A program made the translations under genes and the position numbers. Below, in pieces: positions 29,092 through 38,750 of a stretch of 64,000 nucleotides of DNA. The stretch covers positions 32,001 through 96,000 of IMG/VR virus record IMGVR_UViG_3300024058_000001; one strand, given 5' to 3'. Under the pieces are notes generated by a model. It saw only the letters and a list, made by a program, of their open reading frames with translations. It had not been told where the DNA came from and searched no databases. The DNA is from a virus. Lineage: Duplodnaviria; Caudoviricetes. How positions within the stretch are numbered: position 1 is the first letter of the stretch; each line of letters opens with the position of its first letter.

Positions 29092-31257
29092 TTATGGTTT
29101 TCTGTAAGAAACAAGCACTTCGTCGCCAGATAAAGGAGCAGAATTAAATGTAATCGTAGCTCCAGAGATGGTGTAGTCGTCAGACCCACCCTCATTCTGA
29201 AGAATACCATTCAAGTATACTTCCTCTGTTCCAGCAGTAGGTGTGTTCGCAAGAACACCAGTAGTATCTGCGCCATCAAAATCAAACGCCACGTCTTCAC
29301 GTGTAATAAAGTTTGATTCCGTAAGACCTCCACTACCAGCACTTTCTGCGTCCAACCATGCTCGTCTGTCAACAATTGCCGTAATGTCGCCTGAAGCAGC
29401 AGTAACTTCTGCAAGCGGAATGCGTCCAGCCGTAAAGCCAGAAACATTATTCGATACAGTACCGCTACCGTCTACTTCGACAAATGACACGTCATCATCA
29501 GCTACAGTGGTAGTACCAGCACTTACTGCGGTAACAACGTTATCATTTCTAACGGTGCCTGCAGCAAAATCAGCAACTAGTCCTGTACCTTCTGTAACTT
29601 GAAGATCACTAAGATGGTCTACATCAACTGCACCAGACACAATTTCGTCTGAATCGACAGAATCAGTAGCCAGTTCATTAGCTGTAATACCACTAGCTTT
29701 AATACGAAGAGTATCCGCATTAATTTCTATTGTGGAGTCATCAACATTTACGTCAAGTTCTCCGCCAGCAGCTTGGCCTAAACCAAGACCAGCAATATCG
29801 GCATTAATAGCATCCTTATCTACTGAGTCAGGAGCGTAATGCTCTGCATCAATAGAATCTGCTACGTAATGCTCACTGTCAATTTGGTCGTCGCCAATCT
29901 TTGCGCTAGTAACCGCATCAGCAGCCAGTTGAGCCGTATCAATACCTAAATTTTTAACATTCAAGGTATCGGTAGTAATCTCAATAGTGGTATCATCAAC
30001 ATTTACGTCGAGTTCGCCACCAGCAGCTTGACCTAAGCCAAGACCTGCGATATCAGCATTGATTGCATCTTTATCAACTGAATCAGGAGCATAATGTTCG
30101 GCATCAATAGAATCAGCCACATAATGTTCGCTGTCAATTTGATCATCAGCAATCTTCGCACCAGTCACAGCATCAGCAGCTAATTGAGCAGTGTCAATAC
30201 CTAAATCTTTAACATTTAGGATATCAGCAGAAATCTCAATAGTAGAATCATCTACTCTAACACTAAGTGTGTTACCAGACTTTAGAAGACCATCACCAGC
30301 AGTAATTTGGCCTGCACCAGAAAACTGGGCAAACTCCAAAAACTTGTTAGCTTTGCTACTAGTTAGTGTAATAGGATCATTGGCAGTAAGAACAAAACCA
30401 TTATCCTTATTAACTGTACCTTCCTCAATGAAGGTAAACAAACCAGCAGTGACTTCAGCATCAGTATCGGCATCGGTAGTACGAGTAAGAGTCAACGTAG
30501 TTGACGTTCCACCAGTAACTTCCCAAAGACCATTGTAAACACCGCGAGTAGCTTCTGTGCCACCTGCATCGGTTGTTTCATCTGAAGCCGTTTCAGCATC
30601 TTTAATGAGAATTCTATTTCCAGAAACAGGCTCTACCCCGTCAATAAGACCAAGGGAGGCACCTGCACTTAAACTAGAAATCGTCATAACCCCAGTAGCA
30701 CTGACAACATCAATAGTAACACTTGAAGTCCAGTTGGAATCAGAATCTGTAGCCATACGAGCAGAAAGTTTAACATCTAAACCTTGTGCAACGCCATCTA
30801 CATAAAGTTTGTTAGCTGCGTCAGTGTCAACCAACGGAGTTTTAACTCTAATTGTACCACTAGGAGAAAAATCATACGTTGCCGTAAGATCAAGCTCCGA
30901 AGCAGTAACAGCATCAGTCGCAATTTCATTTGACGTAATGCCACTAGCTTTAACCTGCAATGTATCAGCAGAGATTTCAATAGTAGAATCATCGACGTTA
31001 ACCGATAAAGCACTACCTCCACCACCACCTAAGCCATCGCCAGCTACAGAAGAGTTAAGCTGTGTTCCAGTAATACCTGCGTCTTTGACTTTGAGTACAT
31101 CTGTATCAATCGTCAGTGTACTATCATCGTCATTAACTTCTAAAGCAGCGCCACCGCCACCAACTAAACCATTACCAGCTACAGAAGTGTTAAGTTCTGT
31201 CTCTGTAACAGTTGCAGCTTTAATTTGTACATTTCCTCTAATTTGTGTAACAGCCAT
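29092..31257 (-). CDS. Abundant fibre/decoration protein with internal repeats
   Basis: Repeated VDDSTIEI..D.L.VK units; AANKLYVD motif; 85-aa tandem duplication. Confidence 0.7.
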   Translation of the reverse strand: MAVTQIRGNVQIKAATVTETELNTSVAGNGLVGGGGAALEVNDDDSTLTIDTDVLKVKDAGITGTQLNSSVAGDGLGGGGGSALSVNVDDSTIEISADTLQVKASGITSNEIATDAVTASELDLTATYDFSPSGTIRVKTPLVDTDAANKLYVDGVAQGLDVKLSARMATDSDSNWTSSVTIDVVSATGVMTISSLSAGASLGLIDGVEPVSGNRILIKDAETASDETTDAGGTEATRGVYNGLWEVTGGTSTTLTLTRTTDADTDAEVTAGLFTFIEEGTVNKDNGFVLTANDPITLTSSKANKFLEFAQFSGAGQITAGDGLLKSGNTLSVRVDDSTIEISADILNVKDLGIDTAQLAADAVTGAKIADDQIDSEHYVADSIDAEHYAPDSVDKDAINADIAGLGLGQAAGGELDVNVDDTTIEITTDTLNVKNLGIDTAQLAADAVTSAKIGDDQIDSEHYVADSIDAEHYAPDSVDKDAINADIAGLGLGQAAGGELDVNVDDSTIEINADTLRIKASGITANELATDSVDSDEIVSGAVDVDHLSDLQVTEGTGLVADFAAGTVRNDNVVTAVSAGTTTVADDDVSFVEVDGSGTVSNNVSGFTAGRIPLAEVTAASGDITAIVDRRAWLDAESAGSGGLTESNFITREDVAFDFDGADTTGVLANTPTAGTEEVYLNGILQNEGGSDDYTISGATITFNSAPLSGDEVLVSYRKP
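29746..30255 (-). repeat. 255-bp (85-aa) tandem intragenic duplication
   Basis: ATTTACGTC recurs at 29746 and 30001; near-identical amino acids. Confidence 0.85.
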
Positions 31258-31320
31258 TATTAAATCACCCCATATTTTATTTTTATTTTTGTTTCATTTT
31301 CATGTTCGGGTGAATTTTCA

Positions 31321-31599
31321 TTACGCTTTCACTTGCTTGTTCACATAGCCAGCCCCGTGACACTTGGAGCATTTGGAATATCCATGTCTCAAATTCGCTT
31401 TACATTCGCATCGTTCAATCACATTATCAGTTTCTAAGTTTTTAAAACATTCTCTAAGGTTATTATAAAATGCATCCATAACCTGTTTTTTAAAATACCT
31501 GTATTCATCGGAGCTTTTCCCGAACTTAAACTCTCCGATTCCTAATATTTCTTTCATTTGTGTTAAATTATTTAAAAATATACATTCAGATATGTTCAT
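31321..31599 (-). CDS. Zinc-finger hypothetical protein
   Basis: CECK...CSKCHGAGY. Confidence 0.6.
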   Translation of the reverse strand: MNISECIFLNNLTQMKEILGIGEFKFGKSSDEYRYFKKQVMDAFYNNLRECFKNLETDNVIERCECKANLRHGYSKCSKCHGAGYVNKQVKA

Positions 31600-31603
31600 A
31601 TGA

Positions 31604-31858
31604 TTATAACCTTTGATAAACCACAGTAATACGATCAGGATCTACTCCACCTGTAGGAGAATTTATAAATTCAAATGATTGATTTGTCAATATATTATAA
31701 TCTTCATTTACTAATAATTCCAAACCATTCAATTGAACTTGTAAAGAAGCACCAACAAACGTGAAGCTTGTGGTAAATGTTTTATTTGCTCCATCAATTG
31801 TTCCAAATGCTTCTTCTTTAAATATTAATATTCCACCACGTAATACGGCCATATTCAA
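31604..31858 (-). CDS. Small structural protein, paralogous to the C-terminal domain of 29092..31257
   Basis: IDGANKTFT...VQLNGL...DY...P...DRITVVY. Confidence 0.65.
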   Translation of the reverse strand: MNMAVLRGGILIFKEEAFGTIDGANKTFTTSFTFVGASLQVQLNGLELLVNEDYNILTNQSFEFINSPTGGVDPDRITVVYQRL

Positions 31859-31873
31859 TCCTCACGTTCAGTT

Positions 31874-32734
31874 TTAAACCCTAATTCGTTTATACGGGGA
31901 TAAACTCGTAAGTGCCCCCTCCGTTAGAGATTTTACATGTGCGCTATACGGAAAATCTCCATATGATTTAGGAAATCCTTCAGATGTTAACGACATCGCA
32001 CTTGATCCAGCAAATATTCCTTTTGTAGATAGAACAGCAGCAGCTACAATTCTTGCACATGCACTTCTTATTTCCCTTGGCAAAGATTCTAGATTTTCAT
32101 ATCCATAATCGTACTCAAGTTCGATATTTTGAAATCCTCTTAAAAATGTATAATTCCAAAAAGGTACTGCTTGATTTTCTAAGAATAAGATTCTAGGCGG
32201 GATAATCACAGTCCCTTTTGCCATATCAACAAATAAATCTGCTCTTTCGTATTGTAAAGTCGTATTATTAAAATTTGCTGTGTTACCACTTGCAACTTTT
32301 ACATCATCTGGAACAGTATCCGTTTCAGGAAATGTAAAAGGAGGCACTACTACATCATCAATAGGTTCTACTCCGCCCCTATTACCTACGTCTGTGCCTA
32401 GTGTGTCTATATTGTTTAAATGAAAAGGTCTTTTAAATTCAAACCATTGTACGGCTGGAATTAATCTTAAAATAGCTTTCCTTATAAATCTTATGGGTCT
32501 GTGGCGTAATACCATATTAGGCGTACCACTACCGTCATAAAATTCATTAGTAGTGGTCAGGTCAAAGTTCTCTCCAATGTATCTATCTATCTCTCTCTTA
32601 GCCCAAGGAATAAATTCAGTTTCTATAATCTTGTCTAGAGTAGTAGGCATATCTGAAACGTCTAATCCTGCCATCCACATTTTTGCGTCATCAATTGTGC
32701 AGTAATTAAAACCCATATCATTTTCCTTTTTCAA
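31874..32734 (-). CDS. Head-tail adaptor (gp6/gp15-like)
   Basis: Follows the capsid gene; YCTIDDAK...REIDRYIG...YDYGYENL..LPREIRSAC. Confidence 0.75.
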   Translation of the reverse strand: MKKENDMGFNYCTIDDAKMWMAGLDVSDMPTTLDKIIETEFIPWAKREIDRYIGENFDLTTTNEFYDGSGTPNMVLRHRPIRFIRKAILRLIPAVQWFEFKRPFHLNNIDTLGTDVGNRGGVEPIDDVVVPPFTFPETDTVPDDVKVASGNTANFNNTTLQYERADLFVDMAKGTVIIPPRILFLENQAVPFWNYTFLRGFQNIELEYDYGYENLESLPREIRSACARIVAAAVLSTKGIFAGSSAMSLTSEGFPKSYGDFPYSAHVKSLTEGALTSLSPYKRIRV

Positions 32735-32746
32735 ATTAGTTTTTTA

Positions 32747-32776
32747 GCGGGGAAAAGGTTTTACCCTTTCCCCCGC
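32747..32776 (-). other. Stem-loop after the capsid gene
   Basis: GCGGGG..AAAGG / CC.TTT.CCCCGC, followed by an A-tract on the coding strand. Confidence 0.75.
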
Positions 32777-32822
32777 ATTAAAACTTATGTATTATTCCAA
32801 TGTTATCATTAACGTAAAGCTA

Positions 32823-33833
32823 TTAGGCTCCGACGTTTATGATTTTTCCCTGGAACGCCTCTGCGGTCAACTGCAGAACGGTAAACTCAGCAACTAAAGT
32901 ACGATAAGCGGATTGAAGTAAAGCAAGATCAATCGAAGATAGTGGCATTAAATCCACCATCTGGATTGCATTACCATCTTCAAGAACTGTCTTGTCATCA
33001 ATAACAAGAATAAAAGCATTACCCGCATCGGGAGTGATGTATCTTGAACCGATTACATCAACAACACCGAAAGGAGACAGCCAACGAGTAACCGAAATTC
33101 CCGCAGGAATATCAGCCATCGTGCCTGCACCAGCCTGGAAGAGTCTGTAAAAAGAACCCAACACAAGCTCGTTAAACTTCTGTAAGTCACGATAAGACAT
33201 GACTACAGCTTGAGGCTTACCACCCACCGTTACAATATTTTGTTCGACTGTAGTAATGTCGGACAGAGCTAAAGGAGAACCAGTATTATCAAGCACGTTA
33301 TCCGTGATTTGCTTTGCTAATCCATCGAATTGAAGACCAGTACCAGTGGAAGAATCTCCATTGATAATAGCCCATTCCTCCATGAGAGCAACGTTAAGCA
33401 TCTTTACTTTTACTTGATGTTTCTTAATGTCAGTGTAAGTTCCACCAGCCATTTGCTCGAAGAACGAAACATTAACGGTATCACCAAGAGAAGTATACGG
33501 AGCCGACCTAAACTTATAGTTAGGCTGACTTGCTTGAGGTAGTCCACCCTTTTCAAAAAATCCCTGTTCTGGAGCAGTACCACCCAAAAACAAATGTCCA
33601 GCAGAATCGGCTCCCGTTGAAACTGTGGGAGTCAATTGATACCAAGCATGGGCTTTTCCATTACCAGCGATTCGATTAAAACGATTACGTAAGGGAGTAT
33701 CAGTAGGAGCCATAATTGCCATTTCAGCCTGCAAGTCTTCACGGACTAGCAAAAGACCGCTAACATCTGTGGAAGAAATTGCTTTCTGAATGTCATTAAT
33801 AGCTTGCTCTACTATTTGCGCGTTATAATTCAT
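32823..33833 (-). CDS. Major capsid protein (HK97 fold)
   Basis: After the protease-scaffold; DTPLRNRF, EEWAIINGDS...FDGLAKQI; strong RBS; 336 aa. Confidence 0.9.
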   Translation of the reverse strand: MNYNAQIVEQAINDIQKAISSTDVSGLLLVREDLQAEMAIMAPTDTPLRNRFNRIAGNGKAHAWYQLTPTVSTGADSAGHLFLGGTAPEQGFFEKGGLPQASQPNYKFRSAPYTSLGDTVNVSFFEQMAGGTYTDIKKHQVKVKMLNVALMEEWAIINGDSSTGTGLQFDGLAKQITDNVLDNTGSPLALSDITTVEQNIVTVGGKPQAVVMSYRDLQKFNELVLGSFYRLFQAGAGTMADIPAGISVTRWLSPFGVVDVIGSRYITPDAGNAFILVIDDKTVLEDGNAIQMVDLMPLSSIDLALLQSAYRTLVAEFTVLQLTAEAFQGKIINVGA

Positions 33834-33889
33834 TGTATATATTCACCACCTTTCTTTTATAGGATACGCCTAGCCTTTAACGTTCTATG

Positions 33890-35821
33890 TTAAAGGGCTT
33901 TACCGAACTTAGCATCAAGCATCTTATTGACAACATTGTCTTTAAAACGCTCTTGATCGGGGGTCAACTTTGTTCCTTCTACACGCCATTTGGTTACAGT
34001 ATCAATATCTTTCTGTAGAGTATTATCTACTTTACCATCAGCATCTAGACTTTTTTCAATCTTGAACTTTCTCGGCTTAGGTTGACGCATTTGCTGTTCT
34101 ATCCCATCGAATCGCTTTCTCAGCGAATCCACTGCATCTACTACTTTTGATAGATCGTTCTGTGATCCATCGGCTTTCCTACTTCTTCCTGCTAAATAAC
34201 CTGCACCAGCAGCAGCGCCAACTTGGGCGCGACGACTACGAACTGCACGACCTGCAATATGCGTCATAGCTGCACGTGAACGTGCTACGTCTTTTACTCT
34301 AGATGCACCAGTTTTTACTTTCCCTGCCACACTTCTCGCTTGGCCTGGAACTTTACTAGCTGCACTACGAACTGCACCAACTGCGCGTTGTCCTACTGTG
34401 CGTCCTGCACTAATTGCGCGTTGTCCTAATTTACGACCTGCTCTAAGAGCTGCCATTGCAGCACTGCCTAAAGCTTTTTCTGTTGCTTCATCATCATCTT
34501 CATAATTCTTTTCTGTATCCTCATCGCCTTCTGGTTCCGTATCTTCATACGGATATGCACCTTCAGGATCTTGAGTTTGAGCATCTACAGTAGCGGGATG
34601 TTTACCAGGATATTTATCACCTTCGGAATCATGGCCATCTTTTTCGACCTCTTCTTCCGTTTCATCGTGATCTTCCTTTTCAAATTCTCCCTCTACTTCT
34701 ACATAATCAGCCTTTTCTGGATCGTCATCACCATATGGATAGTTGCCTTCGGCGTGTTGATTTTGTGGATCAACATCCGCAGCAGCTCCTGAATCTAAGG
34801 GATCAGTCTCCCCCAGGTCTGGATCTGATGTCGAACCTTTAGGCGTTCCTTTTGAACCCTCAATGGGTTTATAAGCACCTTCATATGCTTTGTCGATAAT
34901 ATCGGCAAGATTTGTGACAACCTCTACCAATGCATCGACTTTCTTATTCAATTCATCTATTTTCACGTTATTCCCTCCTCGGTAAACGTCTTTTACATGC
35001 GATTCAAATGCAGAACCTAATACTTCTTGAGCTTTGTCAAGTACTGCATCTGTTTCTTCAGTTACTAAATTATACTTCTCCATAGTTTCTAATGCCCGAA
35101 CTGCATGAACTTTATCTGGCATTGGAATTAATCTTTCCTTTGTTACTACTGAATCTTTAACAGACTTTCTAATAACACCAAAGTCGTCATCACTCAGTTT
35201 TTCTAATTGTTCTGTGTTTAATACTTTTCTAACCAACGAATCTGCTTTTTCTCTATGTTCCTTAACTTCTGTAAAAAGTGGATCGGTAGCTTCTGTTATA
35301 ACAACTTTCTTGATATCCTCAACAATTTCTGTTTGATAAGGTATACCATTAATGCTTTTTATTAAAGAAAAAGAACATCCAGGATTTGCAGGATTATCTA
35401 CTAGAGATAATTCATTAAGCTTATACTTGGTAATTCTACTAATATTTCTTGAACTACCAGTATCTAAGTCTTTAATTACTTCTTGTACCTTATTTACTGT
35501 TTGTCCACCAATAGAAAAACCATTCAAAATCCCTTCTTTAATCTTTTCCCATGTGTCACCTGCACCCTTCGATATATAGGCTTCTATCCAAATTTTCTTA
35601 GTATCATCATTTGGAGTAATTTCTATAGCCTTGCCTACCGCTTTGGCTTCGTGCATCTCACGGATATTTCCTTGCCATTTACTAAATGCTTCCTTGCTAC
35701 CATTATAGTCAACTATCTCGTTTTGTTTATCAATTTCCTCAGTAGTTGCCCAACCAGCGACTGTACGCTTTTCTGTATCTATTTTCTCAATAGGTACGTA
35801 CAAATTAAACTTAGTGCTCAT
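33890..35821 (-). CDS. Prohead protease (HK97/XkdF type) fused to scaffold, with a cationic insert
   Basis: NIREMH..KAVGK, GFSIGG, ELSLVDNPANP; acidic middle; coiled-coil C-terminus. Confidence 0.9.
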   Translation of the reverse strand: MSTKFNLYVPIEKIDTEKRTVAGWATTEEIDKQNEIVDYNGSKEAFSKWQGNIREMHEAKAVGKAIEITPNDDTKKIWIEAYISKGAGDTWEKIKEGILNGFSIGGQTVNKVQEVIKDLDTGSSRNISRITKYKLNELSLVDNPANPGCSFSLIKSINGIPYQTEIVEDIKKVVITEATDPLFTEVKEHREKADSLVRKVLNTEQLEKLSDDDFGVIRKSVKDSVVTKERLIPMPDKVHAVRALETMEKYNLVTEETDAVLDKAQEVLGSAFESHVKDVYRGGNNVKIDELNKKVDALVEVVTNLADIIDKAYEGAYKPIEGSKGTPKGSTSDPDLGETDPLDSGAAADVDPQNQHAEGNYPYGDDDPEKADYVEVEGEFEKEDHDETEEEVEKDGHDSEGDKYPGKHPATVDAQTQDPEGAYPYEDTEPEGDEDTEKNYEDDDEATEKALGSAAMAALRAGRKLGQRAISAGRTVGQRAVGAVRSAASKVPGQARSVAGKVKTGASRVKDVARSRAAMTHIAGRAVRSRRAQVGAAAGAGYLAGRSRKADGSQNDLSKVVDAVDSLRKRFDGIEQQMRQPKPRKFKIEKSLDADGKVDNTLQKDIDTVTKWRVEGTKLTPDQERFKDNVVNKMLDAKFGKAL

Positions 35822-35842
35822 TTTTACCTCCTAGATTTAAAT

Positions 35843-35867
35843 CGGGAGGGGTATAAATCCCCTCCCG
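35843..35867 (-). other. Stem-loop upstream of the protease gene
   Basis: CGGGAGGGG-7nt-CCCCTCCCG. Confidence 0.75.
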
Positions 35868-35881
35868 TTGGAACTGTTAAA

Positions 35882-36073
35882 TTACGTAACAGTAATAGCT
35901 TTGGTCACGCCATCAACACGGACTTGCAAAACATCAGTGTCACCGCGATACCACATATCACCATCCCGAAGATCATCTGGATCAGCATCCAACGGGATCA
36001 AGTGCATCTGTTGCACATTTACTTTATTCCACTCTTGCTGAAGTTGCGGATTCTCTTGTGAATTCTCGGCCAT
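35882..36073 (-). CDS. Small capsid decoration/fibre-like protein
   Basis: Very strong AAGAGGAGGA RBS; DPDDLRDGDMWYRGDT motif. Confidence 0.55.
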   Translation of the reverse strand: MAENSQENPQLQQEWNKVNVQQMHLIPLDADPDDLRDGDMWYRGDTDVLQVRVDGVTKAITVT

Positions 36074-36111
36074 TTTGGTTTCCTCCTCTTTCTAGTATAC
36101 TATAGTATATT

Positions 36112-36411
36112 CTATTTGCATTTCACACAAATAGATTTACCGTTTGAAACGGTAATTCTGTGTACTACTTCTTTACAAACATCACAAACTAACGGTCTTT
36201 TTTCTCCAATACCTGAAAATATTAAACCGCTTCCTATTGCAGTTGAAGATTCGGCCCTTCTTATAAGTTCTGGATTATCAGATTTACATTCAAACTTTGA
36301 ACCGTCATCATGTTCAACAACAAAAGTCTTTTCGCCTGTACGTCTAACTTTCTTTGCTACTGAATCTTCTTTAATTTTACCTGTAGTATTTGTATTACGA
36401 ATAAAACTCAT
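36112..36411 (-). CDS. Zinc-ribbon (FmdB-like) protein
   Basis: CDVC...CVKC. Confidence 0.5.
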   Translation of the reverse strand: MSFIRNTNTTGKIKEDSVAKKVRRTGEKTFVVEHDDGSKFECKSDNPELIRRAESSTAIGSGLIFSGIGEKRPLVCDVCKEVVHRITVSNGKSICVKCK

Positions 36412-36641
36412 TTTATCTTTCCGTGAGCCTTTAAATTATACCATGCATTAAATAAGCCTCTTACACTTGCAAAACCACTACCCATAGATTTACTACTTAA
36501 TGTTACTGCCTTGCCTATTTTTCCCAAGTCCTGTGGTCTTTCTACATAATCCAGCAATCCGTTTTCTACAGATTCTGTAACAAATCTTCGGATTACGGGC
36601 TGCCAATCTAAATCTTGTTCTTCTACTACAAAGTATTCCAT
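36408..36641 (-). CDS. Hypothetical protein
   Basis: Coupled ORF. Confidence 0.55.
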   Translation of the reverse strand: MEYFVVEEQDLDWQPVIRRFVTESVENGLLDYVERPQDLGKIGKAVTLSSKSMGSGFASVRGLFNAWYNLKAHGKIK

Positions 36642-37525
36642 TATCTTCTCGCAGTCGTGTCATGATCACAACGACAGTTACCTAAACAATCGTTAGTTCC
36701 CCACTCATCATCAAAATCCTGTATAGTCATCCATCTTCCTGAATTTTCTAAGCAACCTTCGCAAACTGGACCACCTTTACCTTCATTAGGATGAATCGTC
36801 CATACCCCGCCTATAGGTTTAAAATGTCCTAGTTTTGGATCAGCTATAGCAAATGCAGCAACAGTTCCAGAAACAACTAACCCGAATGCAGCTAATGCAT
36901 ACATTTTTGCTCTAGCACGTTTAGGTTCTTGTATTTTTTCTTCTATTGCTTCTTCTAATTCCTCAAAGCTGTGATATTCTCTATCCATTAGTATGTCTAA
37001 TGCCTCTTCTAGATTAGTAGCAAATGCAACTAAATAAACTTCGTTTTCGTCTAACCGTTCCTCAATTATTTCTTCATCTGTTTTAGAAAAACTATCGTCT
37101 AATTCTTGATTGCTAATTACTTGACCACGAAGTTTACCAAGTCTAAAACCATCTTCAAATCTATTACGTGCTTCATTACTTAATCGTCTTCTTAATTCTC
37201 CGATTCTTCCTCTAGCAATTAATTTGCGTCTATCACTTATAGTAACTTGTTTTTCTAGTCCTTCTTTAAGATCTTCTTTAACTTTATCAAATATATAATC
37301 CCAAATATTTTCAATTGTACTTCTATATCTACTAACTATTTTATCAGCTTGCTTTGTAACTTTTGGAGCAATAAGTTTTCTCTTAAAAATATCTCTAGGA
37401 TCATTATCAAATTCGATGGATGATATGCTAGGGTAAGAATCAATAGTAGTTATAAACTTTACATTATCATTATAAATCTCTCTGGCTTCTACTAAAGTTA
37501 TCGGGGAATCAAATTTTAATATCAT
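36641..37525 (-). CDS. Mu gpF-like minor head morphogenesis protein
   Basis: C-terminal VCEGC...CLGNCRC. Confidence 0.7.
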   Translation of the reverse strand: MILKFDSPITLVEAREIYNDNVKFITTIDSYPSISSIEFDNDPRDIFKRKLIAPKVTKQADKIVSRYRSTIENIWDYIFDKVKEDLKEGLEKQVTISDRRKLIARGRIGELRRRLSNEARNRFEDGFRLGKLRGQVISNQELDDSFSKTDEEIIEERLDENEVYLVAFATNLEEALDILMDREYHSFEELEEAIEEKIQEPKRARAKMYALAAFGLVVSGTVAAFAIADPKLGHFKPIGGVWTIHPNEGKGGPVCEGCLENSGRWMTIQDFDDEWGTNDCLGNCRCDHDTTARR

Positions 37526-37575
37526 GGCATTCCATTATCTTTTTTCATTAGATTATAAGAATCATTTAAATTTCC

Positions 37576-38748
37576 TTACTTTATGCTTTCTCGTAACAAT
37601 TTAATTTCGTTTAGTGTTGCACCCGTATTTTTAGCAATTGCCTCTAAAAGTTTGAGTGTAAGGATATCCACATTTCCTGTGTTAACTCCTATGGAACCTG
37701 GATTTGGTTTATTTACTTCCGTATCCTTTTTCTCTACCTTTTCAACTTTCTTCTTAGTCATAATATTTTCCTTTAGCGTTAAAATAGTGTATTATATTGC
37801 CACTCATACTTTATATTATCATACTCCATCTTCCGTATCCCATATATATCCTAAATCCGTCAAATTAGTACGAAAATTTGTTTTACAAACACTATCTGTA
37901 ACTGTATCTTCTTCGATTACATTAAGATCAATAGGTTTTAAATCAAGAGTTGCAGTTACACGCTTAGTGGTTTCATTGACACCATCATAATCTGCTTCAG
38001 TGATAGTAGTAATAGTAATAACTAAATCAGACATTTCTCCCCCTCGAAATCACAGTAACTTCTATTGATCCACTAAATTTTGTTTTAACTCTAAATTTAG
38101 CATTTGTTTTTGTAACTATTTGTTTATAAACAGGAAAAATACCAGAATCTTCCATTGTTAGTTGAACAGCAGGGACTCTATCAAAAGGAACCGAAAACGT
38201 TATAGTGGCAGTTTTTGTATTATTAAACGTTAACGTGTAGTGCTGTATATCTGTATTAATAGCTAAATGTTGTGGCATTATATTATCTCCTCGTCTGTCT
38301 TTAATTTAGTTGTTACAAGAGATCCAGCAGAATCAGGCAAAACATTCCAATATTCGCCATCAGGTGCAATTTGAAAATTCTGTTTCAATTTGTTTAGTAA
38401 TTCTGAACAATTTTTTAAAAACTCATCTCTTTCTATTTGTGTATATAGCAAATCGAGATTAGCCGTAGTTTCTGTAGAGGGCCATACATAATGCTGTATT
38501 AATTTTTTCTTATCATCATCGGAATACGTTGCCCAGTTGGAAAATATAGATATTAGTTCATTTCTGAAATTCTTGTAATTACTAACAGCTTTCATTCCAT
38601 GATTACACCAATCAGAAATACTCGTAAGTTCTGTATATCCTGCTGAAACAGTAACTTCGTGTTTAAATCTTGGATTAGATTCTTGTGCAGAATCATAAGT
38701 AAGAACTTCTCCTGAAAAGTCTACATCATTTCTTTTAGTTAGTTTCAT
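37576..38748 (-). CDS. Four small hypothetical/structural ORFs (37576..37761, 37819..38034, 38027..38278, 38278..38748)
   Basis: Tightly coupled ORFs; 38027..38278 has an H-type-lectin-like ITFSVPFDRVPAVQLT. Confidence 0.5.
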
Positions 38749-38750
38749 AA

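Noticed and set aside
29746-30255. Diversity-generating retroelement TR/VR pair
   Set aside because: Differences are mostly synonymous and not adenine-specific; both copies are in one ORF; no reverse transcriptase in the window
17266-33850. Archaeal host suggested by GGTGA-type Shine-Dalgarno sequences
   Set aside because: TTGACA/TATAAT promoters, deformylase, a sigma70 region-4 protein and lipoboxes indicate a bacterial host; GGTGA also pairs with bacterial 16S
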